Shown: positions 45,950-55,731, numbered from the stretch's first letter. The stretch: 63,186 nucleotides of DNA from an uncultured Oscillospiraceae bacterium (GCA_964483415.1 CAZAAR010000002.1:1-63186), one strand, 5' to 3'. Numbers and translations: made by a program. The notes: a model not told the origin generated them from the sequence alone.

Positions 45950-45995
45950 ACAAAGAAATTTGTAGAAAAATATTTTCTCGCTTTGTCCAACAAAG
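45950..45995. promoter_or_regulatory. two operator-like inverted repeats sharing the half-site ACAAAG
   Basis: ACAAAGAAATTTGT (45950-45963) and CTTTGTCCAACAAAG (45981-45995), in the AT-rich divergent intergenic region. Confidence 0.4.
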
Positions 45996-46094
45996 AGAAA
46001 ACGCTTTCCAGTATTTTCAAGCGCGGCCGCGACTATTCTTGTATACTTCTTATTAAGAATCTTTCTCACTTATATAATTAAGTAAGAAAGATGG

Positions 46095-46159
46095 GAGGCG
46101 GCGGCTTTCACCGCGGATTTTTGACGGATCGCGGGGACCCAGTCCGCCGCCTCTTTTAT
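46095..46159 (+). terminator. terminator-like hairpin in the adhesin 5' leader (possible attenuator)
   Basis: GAGGCGGCGG (46095-46104) pairs with CCGCCGCCTC (46144-46153), with an inner CCGCG...CGCGG stem. It is followed by TTTTAT, about 30 nt before the RBS/ATG at 46192. A TATAAT -10 sits at 46073-46078. Confidence 0.5.
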
Positions 46160-46191
46160 GCCGCCTAAAATATGCGCTTCGCAGGAGGAAA

Positions 46192-49100
46192 ATGGAAATA
46201 ATGATAAAAACGAAAAAATGGCTGTTCCTGAGGTGGACGCTCGCGCTGCTCATGGCGTTCGGCGCGCTTTTGCCGGTCAGCGCCGCGTACGCGGAGGGAG
46301 AGCCCGCCGATGTGACCGGCCTGCTCACCGGGATTACGCTGGCCGTCACCCAAGACGACGAGGAGATCGGGGAGGGGGGCTCTCTCTCGAGCACGGACCC
46401 GATTACGGTCGAGATCTCCTTTCGCGTGCCGGTGGAGGGCGACCAAGAAGAGTGGGAGGATGAGGACCCTTTCGTACATAAGGGCGATTTCGCCCTGTTC
46501 GATCTGGGCGACTCCTTTTACCTGAAATCCAGCGGCTCCATCGAGCTGAAAGATAAGTCTAATCATCTTGTCGGACACGTCACTTTTTCCACGGACGACG
46601 AGACCGGCGTGGTGACTGCCCGGGTGGATTTCGACGGAGAAGACGATATTTTCAGCAACAATTCCCATGGCGTGACCGCAAAATTCAAGGCGGAGTTTGA
46701 ATATAACGCCGACGGCGACGCGGGGAGCGCGGGGGACCACCATGTCACGATCCTTGAGAAAACCTATGTCGTCACGGTCCCGCCCGTCGAGATCCTTTAC
46801 AATGTGGAAAAGACGGGCTCCATCAATTTTGCCGACGAATGTATCGACTGGACCGTTACGCTCTCCGCGACGCAGGGCGGCGAGGCTTACAGCTTAGAGG
46901 GCTACCGGTTTTTCGACGACCTCACGGCCGTGGGCGACTACGTCGCGGACTCATTCGCCGTCGACATCGTCGACAACGCGGAGCCCGAATATGACGTAGA
47001 AAATAAAGAGCTTACTTACGACTTCCCCGAGGGAGCGATGAGCCCCGCGGAGATCACGTTCAGCACCGCGCTCACCGAGGCGCAGCTCCTTGCCACCTCC
47101 GCGTGGACAATCACAAACAAAGCGGAGCTTTGGGACACCGAAGACGGCACAGAGCCTTTGGCCGGCGGCGAAAAGGGAATCACATTTACCCCGAAATGGA
47201 TCGAGAAGGCCGGCGCCGCGGGCGGGGAATATACGGCAGGCGGCTCCTATAGCCCGACCAACCGCACGATCACCTGGACGATCACCGTCAACCACCTCGG
47301 GGCGACGCTCCCGAACGCGGTCGTCACCGACGAGCTTCCGGACGGCCTGACGTTTGGGTCGGCGACCATGCGGGCGTGGGACGCCGAGAACGAGGAATGG
47401 GGCGCCGCGGTTCCGGTCACGCCGGACGGCGACGATTACCCGCTCGGCGACATCGACACCATGGTCCGGCTCACCATCGTGACAAAAGTGGACAACGACG
47501 AATATACGGCCGACATCAGAAACTTTTCAAACACCGCCGCGCTCACGTGGACCGGCCTCACCGGCGCCGCCCCCAGCGAAGGCGACACCGTCGGCATCGG
47601 CTATAACGCGATCATGAAATCGGGCGAAGTCAGCGCCGCCGCCCCCCGCACGGTCACCTGGACCGTCACGGTGGACGCGAGGGGGCAGACGATCCCGGAC
47701 GCCAAGGTCTACGACCTGCTCGTCTACGGGACCGGTATCGACTTCGACGAGGTGACGGGGATCCCCGCCGGGATCGACACCGACGATCTCACCCCCGGCT
47801 ACAATCAAAAATATGCGTATGGGAGCTTCTCGGGGACCGGGCTCACCTGCGTGGTCCACACGATCACGCGGACCGTGGACGGCGAAACGGTGCCGGTCGC
47901 GGATCTTTTGGAGATCACGGGTTTCCCGGTGACTTCAAAGACCTTCACCTTCGACACCGTGATCGTCAACCCGAATATTTTCGCCGGCAACAGGACCTCC
48001 ACGCTTTATAACACCGCCACGCTCTTCAGCGGCACCACCTGGCTGAACGACGATTCGGCCAACGTCAGCTATACCAACAAGCTGCTGGCCAAGCGGATGC
48101 TCACCCGCGCCGCCGCCGCCAATCCCGCGGCGAACGCGAACACGTTTACGAAAGAACCGACGGAGGGCTTCGATTATGTGGACAAATCGGCCGTCTTCCG
48201 TCTTGATATCAACTACGACGGCATCGACCTCCCGAATATGACGAACGCCTCGGGCCAACTGCTCGGGGAGGTGACCGTCACCGACACCCTGCCGGCCGGC
48301 TGGGAATTCGCGTCTTTTTCCGGGGACGATGACGCTCCCGTATATTATCTGATTTTCTTGGGCGCCAAGAATCCCAACGGGACCGTCACGGCGACGGGTA
48401 CCCCGCTGGATCCGGCCACGATCACGGGCCTGACCGCGTATCCGCCCGCCCCCGCGACGGAGACGGACGGGGAGACGGTCACGTTCACCTTTACCGCGCT
48501 GGCCCAGCCCTATGTGATCCTCGTCAAGGCAAGGCTCACCGACGAGACCGCCGCCGCGTATTTCGGCGAGAACCAGACCAAAACGGACGCCAACACGGTG
48601 ACGCTGCACACCGCGAACTGGACCACCGGCGTGAGCGACGGACAGAGCGTCACGATCGACAGCGCCGTCTTGACTAAAGACTGGACGCAGCCGGAGTCCG
48701 GCGTGCTGCGCTGGACGGTGGACTACAAGCCCTATGACCTTCTCCAGCCTGGCAGAGAAATTAAAGATATCATCCCGGAGGGCATGGAACTGCGCAGAAC
48801 CTCCAGCGGCGCGCTGATCCTGACCGGCGGGTATATTACGGCGCAGGAGATGACCCTCGGTGCCAACGGCGGCTACACGCCGGGCGACGCGGTCACGCTG
48901 ACGCTGATCGAGGGCGAAACCGGAAACATCGGCTACGACCCCGGGACGCGCGCGCTGACCTTCAGGATCCCGGACAGCGCCACGGCCTACCAGTTGACCT
49001 ATCTGACCGACATCACGGGCGAGCCGAGCCCGATTCCCGTCTACAACAGCGTGTCGCTGCTCGGCGGCGGGGAGGAGCAGGAGTCGGCCAGAATCCCCTA

Positions 49101-50298
49101 CACCATCAAACAGGCGGACGGCGAGGCCAGCTTCGGCAGGAACGGTTGGATCCGCATCACCAAGACGGACGAAAACGGCGTGCTTCCCGGCGCAGAGTTC
49201 ACGCTTTTCACCGCGGACGGCGAGACCGTCTTCAAACAGGGCCGAACCAAAACCAACGGGATTCTTGAGTTCAAAGTGATCCCGGACGGCGAGTATATCC
49301 TTAAAGAGACCGACCCGCCGGAGGGCTACGGCCCCGACCGGGCGGTTCACACCCTCCGTGTCTCGACCGCCGAGGACGGCGCCGTGACCTCCTCCATCGA
49401 CGGCAAAACCGGCGAAGACGCCAACACCCTCGCGGTGGAAAACTTCCTTGAGGGCACGGTGGGCGACCTTGTCATCACAAAAACCGTGGCCGGAAACCGG
49501 GGCGACCAGCAGAAGCTGTTTGACTTCACGGTGACCTTCTTTGCGGACACGGCGAACGGGCGGATGGAGCTCGAGGGCGAATACTTCTATTACCGCGGCG
49601 ACGCGGATCTGCCGGAGGGCACGGTCCAAAGCGGCGGTACGATTTCACTCGCCCACGGCGAGCGCGTCACGATCGAGAATCTGCCCAGGGAGATCACCTA
49701 TACGGTGACCGAGGCGGACTACCGCGGCGAGGGCTACCGCACCGTCAGCGAGGGCGCGACCGGCGTCATCGTCGCGGATGAGGCGCAGACGGCCGCCTTC
49801 ACCAACACCAAAAACCGCGTGAAAGACGACGTCAAGAAACCCGTCGAGAAGGGCGCCCTGACGATCACCAAGACCGTGGACGGCGACCTTGGGGACAGGG
49901 ATCAGCTCTTCACGTTCGTCGTGAGCTTTGATACGGACGACACCTACCGCTATTCCGGCAGCAAGACCGGCTCCATAAAGGACGGCGGGACCGTTCTGCT
50001 CAAACACGGCGAATCCGTCGTGATCCGCGGGATTCCGGCCGGCACGGTCTATAAAGTCGTAGAAAAAGAGGCCGGACAGGGCGGCTACGGCACCAGCTTC
50101 ACGGGGGCCTCCGGCAAGATCACCGAGTCCGGCAGGACGGCGGCGTTTGTAAATGAAAAAGAGGGCATCCCGAATACCGGGGACGAGAGTCTCGACAACG
50201 CATGGACGGTAGGCCTCGCGGGTTCCGTTCTGATTCTTCTGGGATCGGTCGGCCTGATCCTCTCCTTTAAGAAAAAGAAGGGCAAGGATAACCGCTGA
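46192..50298 (+). CDS. sortase-anchored multi-domain adhesin (collagen-binding/Cna-A-like repeats, Cna-B/SpaA-type domain, two TKTV(A/D)G-type stalk domains)
   Basis: 1368 aa. Signal peptide WLFLRWTLALLMAFGALLPVSAAYA. Repeated ...TWT(I/V)TV(N/D)...lP.a.v.D.LP patterns. GWIRITKTDENGVLPGAEFTLF...YILKETDPPEGY is Cna-B-like. C-terminal IPNTG, TM helix, then KKKKGKDNR. Confidence 0.85.
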   Translation: MEIMIKTKKWLFLRWTLALLMAFGALLPVSAAYAEGEPADVTGLLTGITLAVTQDDEEIGEGGSLSSTDPITVEISFRVPVEGDQEEWEDEDPFVHKGDFALFDLGDSFYLKSSGSIELKDKSNHLVGHVTFSTDDETGVVTARVDFDGEDDIFSNNSHGVTAKFKAEFEYNADGDAGSAGDHHVTILEKTYVVTVPPVEILYNVEKTGSINFADECIDWTVTLSATQGGEAYSLEGYRFFDDLTAVGDYVADSFAVDIVDNAEPEYDVENKELTYDFPEGAMSPAEITFSTALTEAQLLATSAWTITNKAELWDTEDGTEPLAGGEKGITFTPKWIEKAGAAGGEYTAGGSYSPTNRTITWTITVNHLGATLPNAVVTDELPDGLTFGSATMRAWDAENEEWGAAVPVTPDGDDYPLGDIDTMVRLTIVTKVDNDEYTADIRNFSNTAALTWTGLTGAAPSEGDTVGIGYNAIMKSGEVSAAAPRTVTWTVTVDARGQTIPDAKVYDLLVYGTGIDFDEVTGIPAGIDTDDLTPGYNQKYAYGSFSGTGLTCVVHTITRTVDGETVPVADLLEITGFPVTSKTFTFDTVIVNPNIFAGNRTSTLYNTATLFSGTTWLNDDSANVSYTNKLLAKRMLTRAAAANPAANANTFTKEPTEGFDYVDKSAVFRLDINYDGIDLPNMTNASGQLLGEVTVTDTLPAGWEFASFSGDDDAPVYYLIFLGAKNPNGTVTATGTPLDPATITGLTAYPPAPATETDGETVTFTFTALAQPYVILVKARLTDETAAAYFGENQTKTDANTVTLHTANWTTGVSDGQSVTIDSAVLTKDWTQPESGVLRWTVDYKPYDLLQPGREIKDIIPEGMELRRTSSGALILTGGYITAQEMTLGANGGYTPGDAVTLTLIEGETGNIGYDPGTRALTFRIPDSATAYQLTYLTDITGEPSPIPVYNSVSLLGGGEEQESARIPYTIKQADGEASFGRNGWIRITKTDENGVLPGAEFTLFTADGETVFKQGRTKTNGILEFKVIPDGEYILKETDPPEGYGPDRAVHTLRVSTAEDGAVTSSIDGKTGEDANTLAVENFLEGTVGDLVITKTVAGNRGDQQKLFDFTVTFFADTANGRMELEGEYFYYRGDADLPEGTVQSGGTISLAHGERVTIENLPREITYTVTEADYRGEGYRTVSEGATGVIVADEAQTAAFTNTKNRVKDDVKKPVEKGALTITKTVDGDLGDRDQLFTFVVSFDTDDTYRYSGSKTGSIKDGGTVLLKHGESVVIRGIPAGTVYKVVEKEAGQGGYGTSFTGASGKITESGRTAAFVNEKEGIPNTGDESLDNAWTVGLAGSVLILLGSVGLILSFKKKKGKDNR

Positions 50299-50377
50299 TT
50301 TTTCATACGCCGGGTTCGTGGCGCGGGCGCTCTCTGGGGCACCCGTTCCACGAACTCTTTTTGGAAAGGATTTTGTT

Positions 50378-51193
50378 ATGAGCGCTTCCACAACGGAAAG
50401 AAAAACGTTATTGGACTGGTTCTTGATTCTTCTGTACGCCGTCGCGGTGCTCTCCGCGGCAGGGGCTGTGACGTTCGCGTATCTGCTCTTCCGCAGCGGC
50501 CGGGAATATTCAAAGGGCGACGCCGTCTATGAGCAGGCGCGGGTGACCGCCTCCGTCAAGGCGTCCGCCCCGGAAGACGCCGCGGCGGTGCCCGTCTCCG
50601 CCGGAGAGACGGAGAGGGATTGGGAGATCGACTTTTCCGCGCTCCGGGAGGCCAATCCCGACGTGGTCGGGTGGATCCGGTCGGAGGACGGCGCGATCAG
50701 CTATCCCATCGTGCTGGGCGGGGACAACGACTATTACCTCACGCATCTTTTTAACGGCGAGAAAAATAAGCTGGGGTCCATTTTTATGGATTACCGCTGC
50801 AGCGGCGATTTTTCGGACCGCAACACGGTCGTCTACGGGCACAATATGAAGGACGGCTCGATGTTCTCCGCCCTGACAAACTACGAGAAGCAGCGTTACT
50901 ATAACGATTACCCGGCGATGACGCTCTATACGCCGGGAGAGAATTACACGGTCGAGCTCTTCGCGGGCGTCCTTACGGACGGGGAGGGCGAGCCGGTCTG
51001 CCGCCTGTTCGACGGGGACGGGGATCTTCCGGCCTACGCCGATTCGCTGAAAGGGGAATCCACCTTCCGCTCCGGCGTCTCCGTCGGGCCGGACGACCGG
51101 CTCGTGACGCTCTGCACCTGCTCCTATGAATATGACGGCGCGAGATACCTGCTCTGCGGGAAACTTACCCCGGCAAAAGACGACGCGGGGTAA
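50378..51193 (+). CDS. srtB: class B sortase
   Basis: 271 aa from ATG 50378 (GAAAGGA RBS). N-terminal TM. ANPDVVGWIRSEDGAISYPIVLGGDNDYYLTH, NTVVYGHNMKDGSMF (His), LVTLCTCS (Cys), ARYLLCGKL (Arg). Confidence 0.85.
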   Translation: MSASTTERKTLLDWFLILLYAVAVLSAAGAVTFAYLLFRSGREYSKGDAVYEQARVTASVKASAPEDAAAVPVSAGETERDWEIDFSALREANPDVVGWIRSEDGAISYPIVLGGDNDYYLTHLFNGEKNKLGSIFMDYRCSGDFSDRNTVVYGHNMKDGSMFSALTNYEKQRYYNDYPAMTLYTPGENYTVELFAGVLTDGEGEPVCRLFDGDGDLPAYADSLKGESTFRSGVSVGPDDRLVTLCTCSYEYDGARYLLCGKLTPAKDDAG

Positions 51194-51198
51194 GAAAG

Positions 51199-51867
51199 AT
51201 GGAACGGAGGGACGACATGGGAAAAATCCGGCTCTCAAAAGAAAACGAAACGGTGCGCTATCTCTGCGAAAGGGACCCCTTCCTCGCGGGGGCCGTCTCC
51301 TTGGTGGGAGAGATCTCCTATGAGCCCTGCGAGGATTCCTTCCGCTTTTTGGTGGATCTCGTTATCGGGCAGATGCTTTCCAACCGGGTGGCCGAAGTGC
51401 TTTCCGGCAGGTTTGCCGAGCTGTGCGGCGGGGACGTGACCCCCCGGACGGTGAGGAACCTGAGCGCCGCGGAGATCAAAGGGATCGGGGTTTCGACGCG
51501 GAAGGCGGAGACCATCAAAAATATAGCGGATCTCACCGAAATCCACGCGATCCCGTTCGAGGAGTTCCCGGCGCTTTCGGACGGCGAGGTGACCGCGCGT
51601 CTGACCTCCCTTAAAGGGATCGGCATCTGGTCGGCGAAGATGTACCTGATTTTTGTCTTGGACCGGCAGGACGTGCTGCCCTGCGAGGACGGGGCGTTTT
51701 TGCAGGCGTACCGCTGGCTCTACCACACGCGGGACACCGCGAAAGAGGCGGTGGAGGCGCGCTGTAAAGCGTGGCGGCCTTACGCTTCGGTCGGGGCGAG
51801 GTATCTCTACCGGGCGCTCGATATGGGCTTCACAAAATGGGAATTCACGGGGGGAACCGGATTTTGA
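51199..51867 (+). CDS. DNA-3-methyladenine glycosylase II family (HhH-GPD)
   Basis: 222 aa. LVIGQMLS, IKGIGVSTRKAETI, LKGIGIWSAKMYLIF and LPCEDGAF match the AlkA-type HhH-GPD pattern. The start could instead be the ATG at 51217. Confidence 0.8.
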   Translation: MERRDDMGKIRLSKENETVRYLCERDPFLAGAVSLVGEISYEPCEDSFRFLVDLVIGQMLSNRVAEVLSGRFAELCGGDVTPRTVRNLSAAEIKGIGVSTRKAETIKNIADLTEIHAIPFEEFPALSDGEVTARLTSLKGIGIWSAKMYLIFVLDRQDVLPCEDGAFLQAYRWLYHTRDTAKEAVEARCKAWRPYASVGARYLYRALDMGFTKWEFTGGTGF

Positions 51868-51904
51868 GCACGGCGGTCGGCGCTCATGCTCAAACGGTTT
51901 TTAT

Positions 51905-51944
51905 AAAGCGGGCGGCCCTGACGAAAGTCAGGGCCGCCCGCTTT
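51905..51944. terminator. bidirectional terminator
   Basis: AAAGCGGGCGGCCCTGAC-GAAA-GTCAGGGCCGCCCGCTTT, flanked by TTTATA on both sides, between convergent genes. Confidence 0.75.
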
Positions 51945-51979
51945 ATACTTTGGATGGCCGCCACGCTTTTGGAGGGCCG

Positions 51980-52690
51980 TCAGGTGCCGAGGTAGGCGGC
52001 CTTGACCGCCTCGTTGGTCAGAAGCTCCTTGCCGGGGCCGGTCATGATGATGCTGCCGGTCTCGAGCACATAGCCGGTGTCGGCGGTGGAGAGCGCCATA
52101 TTCGCGTTTTGCTCGATGAGCAGGACCGTGACGCCGCGCTTGTTGATCTCCTTAATGATCTGGAAGATGTCGCGCACAATGAGCGGCGCGAGGCCCAGCG
52201 AGGGCTCATCCATCATCATCAGCTTCGGGTGGCTCATCAGCGCCCGCGCGACCGCGAGCATCTGCTGCTCGCCGCCGGAGAGCGTGCCGCCGGCCTGCCA
52301 CGAGCGCTCCTTGAGGCGCGGGAACAGCTCGAATACCCAGTCGAGGTCCTCCGAGATGTTGTCCTTGCGCATATACGCGCCCACGCGCAGGTTCTCCGTG
52401 ACCGTGAGATCCGGGAAGATGCGCCGGCCTTCCGGCACCAGGGTGATCCCCTTTGTGACGATTGTCGCCGTATCCTTGCCCACGATGTTCTCGCCGTCAA
52501 ACTCGATGACGCCGCTCTTTGCCTTGACAAGGCCCGCGATTGCGCGCAGGGTCGAGCTCTTGCCCGCGCCGTTCGCGCCGATCAGGGTCACGATGTCGCC
52601 CTTGGGCACGTCGAAGGAGATGCCCTTCACGGCCTCGATCCCGCCGTAATTGACCTTGAGGTTTTTGATGCTGAGGATCGTCTCGCTCAT
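51980..52690 (-). CDS. livF: branched-chain amino acid ABC transporter ATP-binding protein LivF
   Basis: 236 aa. GANGAGKSST (Walker A), LSGGEQQML, MMDEPSLGLAP. Confidence 0.9.
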   Translation of the reverse strand: MSETILSIKNLKVNYGGIEAVKGISFDVPKGDIVTLIGANGAGKSSTLRAIAGLVKAKSGVIEFDGENIVGKDTATIVTKGITLVPEGRRIFPDLTVTENLRVGAYMRKDNISEDLDWVFELFPRLKERSWQAGGTLSGGEQQMLAVARALMSHPKLMMMDEPSLGLAPLIVRDIFQIIKEINKRGVTVLLIEQNANMALSTADTGYVLETGSIIMTGPGKELLTNEAVKAAYLGT

Positions 52691-53526
52691 CCGCTCACCC
52701 CCAGATATGCGTTTATGACGCGCGGGTCCCGCTGCACGACGGCAGGCGTCCCGCTGCTGATGAGCTTTCCGAAATCAATGACGTAGATGCGGTCGGAAAA
52801 CCGCATGACAAGATCCATATGGTGCTCGATCATAAAGACCGTGAGGTCGTATTTGTTTTTGATCTGTACGATGAACTCCCCAAGTTCCTTGGTCTCCTGC
52901 GGGTTCATGCCGGCGGCGGGCTCGTCGAGGAGCAGCAGCGTCGGGTCGGTGGCCAAAGCCCTCGCGATCTCAAGCCTGCGCTGGAGGCCGTAGGGCAGGC
53001 TCACGGCCAGATCGTCCGCGTACTGCAGCAGGTTTTGTTCCTCAAGCAGCGCGGCCGTCTCCTCGCGCATGCGCTTTTCCTCTTTGCTGATGCGCAGCGT
53101 GGCCGTAAAGACGTTCTGGTTGGCCCGCATGTGTTTCGCGGTCAGCACGTTGTCGAAGACCGTCATGCTCTTCCACAGGCGGATGTTCTGGAACGTCCGG
53201 GCGATGCCGAGCTTCGTGATCTGGTCCGGCGTGGGGTGCACGGCCTTCTCGCCGAGGTATTTTTCCGCGTTTTCGCCCGCGTAGAGCTTCTTCATCGCCC
53301 CGCGCGGGTGGTTCGCGACGATGTTCCTGCCGCCGAAGCTGACCGCGCCGTTGGTCGGCTCGTAGACGCCGGTGACGCAGTTGAAGGCCGTCGTCTTGCC
53401 GGCCCCGTTGGGGCCGATCAGCGCGACGATCTCGCCGCGGTTCACCTCAAGCGAGAGGTTGTTGACGGCGACGACCCCGCCGAACTGCATCGTCACGTCG
53501 TCGAGGCGCAATACGTTTTCAGGCAT
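52687..53526 (-). CDS. livG: branched-chain amino acid ABC transporter ATP-binding protein LivG
   Basis: 279 aa. GPNGAGKTTAFN, LPYGLQRRLEIARAL, LLLDEPAAGMNP. Confidence 0.9.
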   Translation of the reverse strand: MPENVLRLDDVTMQFGGVVAVNNLSLEVNRGEIVALIGPNGAGKTTAFNCVTGVYEPTNGAVSFGGRNIVANHPRGAMKKLYAGENAEKYLGEKAVHPTPDQITKLGIARTFQNIRLWKSMTVFDNVLTAKHMRANQNVFTATLRISKEEKRMREETAALLEEQNLLQYADDLAVSLPYGLQRRLEIARALATDPTLLLLDEPAAGMNPQETKELGEFIVQIKNKYDLTVFMIEHHMDLVMRFSDRIYVIDFGKLISSGTPAVVQRDPRVINAYLGVSG

Positions 53527-54655
53527 CCGCGCCGCCCCCTTTCGCCGCGTCCGCGAGCTTCGGTTTTTTCTTAAAGAGCCCCGCGAGGCCGCGGAAGGAG
53601 ATCTCCCGGTCGCCCATGAGTCCCCGCGAGAAGAAGAGCACGATCACCATGATGATGATCGAGAAGACGAACTTGCGGAACCCGGAGCGGAAGATCGTCG
53701 CGGAGTCGATGCCGAGGAACCGGCCCATATCGAGCCCGCGCAGCCACCACTCGGAGGCCGCGATATAGAGGAAGCTCGCGATGCAGGAGCCGGAGATCGA
53801 GCCGATGCCGCCGATCACGACGATCAGCAGGATCTCGTAGGTCATGGCGCTCTTGAACTGCGCCGCCTGCACGGTGTACTGGTACATGGCGAGCAGCGCG
53901 CCCGAGATCCCGGCGAAGAAAGAGCTGATGATGAAGCTCATCTCTTTGTGCTTAAAGAGGTTGATGCCCATGGCCTCCGCCGCCACCTCGTCGTCGCGGA
54001 TCGCTTTAAAAGCGCGGCCGAAGGAGGAGTTGATCAGCAGCACGATCAGCGCGATGCAGACCCCGGTTGCCAAGAATACATAGAGCGTCGGCGGGAACGG
54101 GATATCGGTAAAAGGGATCCTGACATCGGTCAGGTCCAGATACTCGCGCATGACGTTCGCGCCGTTTGTCACGGGGCCGAGGGCGTCCCACTGAAAGACC
54201 GCACGGACGATCTCCGCGAAGCCCAGCGTCGCGATCGCGAGGTAATCCGATTTGAGGCGCAGCACCGGCAGGCCGATCAGCGCCGCGAAGAGCCCCGCCG
54301 CGAGCCCCGCCGCGAGCAGCGCCACGAGGATGCCGGTCTCGAACGGGACGGCGCAGGCGTAATATTTATAGACCTGCTCGGTGACCTTCACGGCCACCGG
54401 CATGGTGAAGATCGCGTAGACGTACGCGCCGATCAGCATGAAGCCCGCCTGACCGAGGGAGAACAGGCCCGTAAAGCCATTCAGGAGGTTCATGGAGACG
54501 GCGACGAGGGAATAGATCGCGCCCTTCTTGAGCACGGTGAACAGGATGTGCCCGGAGGAGACCGTCCGCTCGAGGATAAAGACCGCGAGGTAGACGAGCG
54601 CGATGGCGCAGCAGGCGATCCAGAGTTCGGTTTTGTTTTTCTTTTTCATGCTCAT
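53519..54655 (-). CDS. livM: branched-chain amino acid ABC transporter permease LivM
   Basis: 378 aa, polytopic. GFTGLFSLGQAGFMLIGAY pattern typical of LivM. Confidence 0.85.
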   Translation of the reverse strand: MSMKKKNKTELWIACCAIALVYLAVFILERTVSSGHILFTVLKKGAIYSLVAVSMNLLNGFTGLFSLGQAGFMLIGAYVYAIFTMPVAVKVTEQVYKYYACAVPFETGILVALLAAGLAAGLFAALIGLPVLRLKSDYLAIATLGFAEIVRAVFQWDALGPVTNGANVMREYLDLTDVRIPFTDIPFPPTLYVFLATGVCIALIVLLINSSFGRAFKAIRDDEVAAEAMGINLFKHKEMSFIISSFFAGISGALLAMYQYTVQAAQFKSAMTYEILLIVVIGGIGSISGSCIASFLYIAASEWWLRGLDMGRFLGIDSATIFRSGFRKFVFSIIIMVIVLFFSRGLMGDREISFRGLAGLFKKKPKLADAAKGGGADA

Positions 54656-54661
54656 CCCTCC

Positions 54662-55576
54662 TCAGACCTTGTCGGTGGCCTTTTCACCGAAAAGGCCGGT
54701 AGGTTTCACAACAAGGATGATGATGAGCAGCGCAAAGGTGAACGCGTCGGAAAACGTGGTCCAGCCGCTCCCCGGGATCCCGAAAATGGAGCTGCCGCCT
54801 TTGATGACGCTCTCGCAGATCCCGATCAGGAACGCGCCGATGACCGCGCCCGGTATGCTGCCGATCCCGCCGAACACCGCCGCCACGAAGCATTTAAGCC
54901 CCGGCATTCCGCCGGAGACCGGCGTCACGGAGGCGTAGTTCGTAAAATAGAGCATGGAGCCGACCGCCGCCAAGAGCGAGCCGATGACGAAGGTGACGGA
55001 GATGACCGAGTTGATCCGGATGCCCATGAGCTGGCTCGTCTCAAAGTCCTTCGAGACGGCTCTCATGGCCATGCCCACCTTGGTGTGCTTAATTAACAGC
55101 GACAGCAGGATCACCAGAACAAGCGTCAGGACCGGCGTGACGACCGTGACCATCTTGGTCGTGGAGCCCCAGATCGTGACGGTGTTCGAGAGCCACGGGA
55201 TCGTCGGGTAGACCTTGGCGAGGCCGCCGGTGAAGTAGAGCGCCGCGTTCTGGAGCAGGTATGACACGCCGATGGCGCTGATCATGACGGACATCCGCGG
55301 CGCGCCGCGCAGGGGCTTGTAGGCCGCGCGCTCGATCAGAAAGCCCAACACGACCGTCATGATCAAAACCAGCGGGATTGCCGCCGTCGCGGGCATCGAA
55401 GCCGAGAGATAGACCATCATCAGGCCCGCGCACATAAACACGTCGCCGTGGGCGAAGTTGATGAGCCGCAGGATGCCGTAGACCATCGTGTAGCCGATGG
55501 CGATCAGCGCGTACTGCCCGCCCACCGAGATGCCCGATAGAATATAGGACAGGTTGTTATGCAGAAATTCCAACAT
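54662..55576 (-). CDS. livH: branched-chain amino acid ABC transporter permease LivH
   Basis: 304 aa. GYTMVYGILRLINFAHGDVFM pattern typical of LivH. Confidence 0.85.
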   Translation of the reverse strand: MLEFLHNNLSYILSGISVGGQYALIAIGYTMVYGILRLINFAHGDVFMCAGLMMVYLSASMPATAAIPLVLIMTVVLGFLIERAAYKPLRGAPRMSVMISAIGVSYLLQNAALYFTGGLAKVYPTIPWLSNTVTIWGSTTKMVTVVTPVLTLVLVILLSLLIKHTKVGMAMRAVSKDFETSQLMGIRINSVISVTFVIGSLLAAVGSMLYFTNYASVTPVSGGMPGLKCFVAAVFGGIGSIPGAVIGAFLIGICESVIKGGSSIFGIPGSGWTTFSDAFTFALLIIILVVKPTGLFGEKATDKV

Positions 55577-55731
55577 ATCTTTGCCTCCATTTATGCCGCT
55601 GCAAAAGAAAAAGCGCGCTTTCTCTTTTGCAGCGGCATAGACGCGGTCTGTCCGGAGAGCCGGTAAAGATACCGGTTACAAAGCGCGGCGGGGGCCGGTG
55701 ACCCCCGCCGCTGGGCAAACTTCGCGTAAAT

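Noticed and set aside
46080-46191. c-di-GMP (GEMM-I/II) riboswitch upstream of the adhesin
   Set aside because: I looked for the ACGCAAAGC/GGCAAA-type conserved cores, because clostridial sortase-anchored adhesins are often c-di-GMP controlled. None is present. Only a terminator-like hairpin is seen.
47935-49629. 564-aa minus-strand ORF inside the adhesin gene
   Set aside because: It is antisense to a gene with a signal peptide, repeated Cna-type domains and a sorting signal. The antisense product is Arg/Gly/Val-rich with no features.
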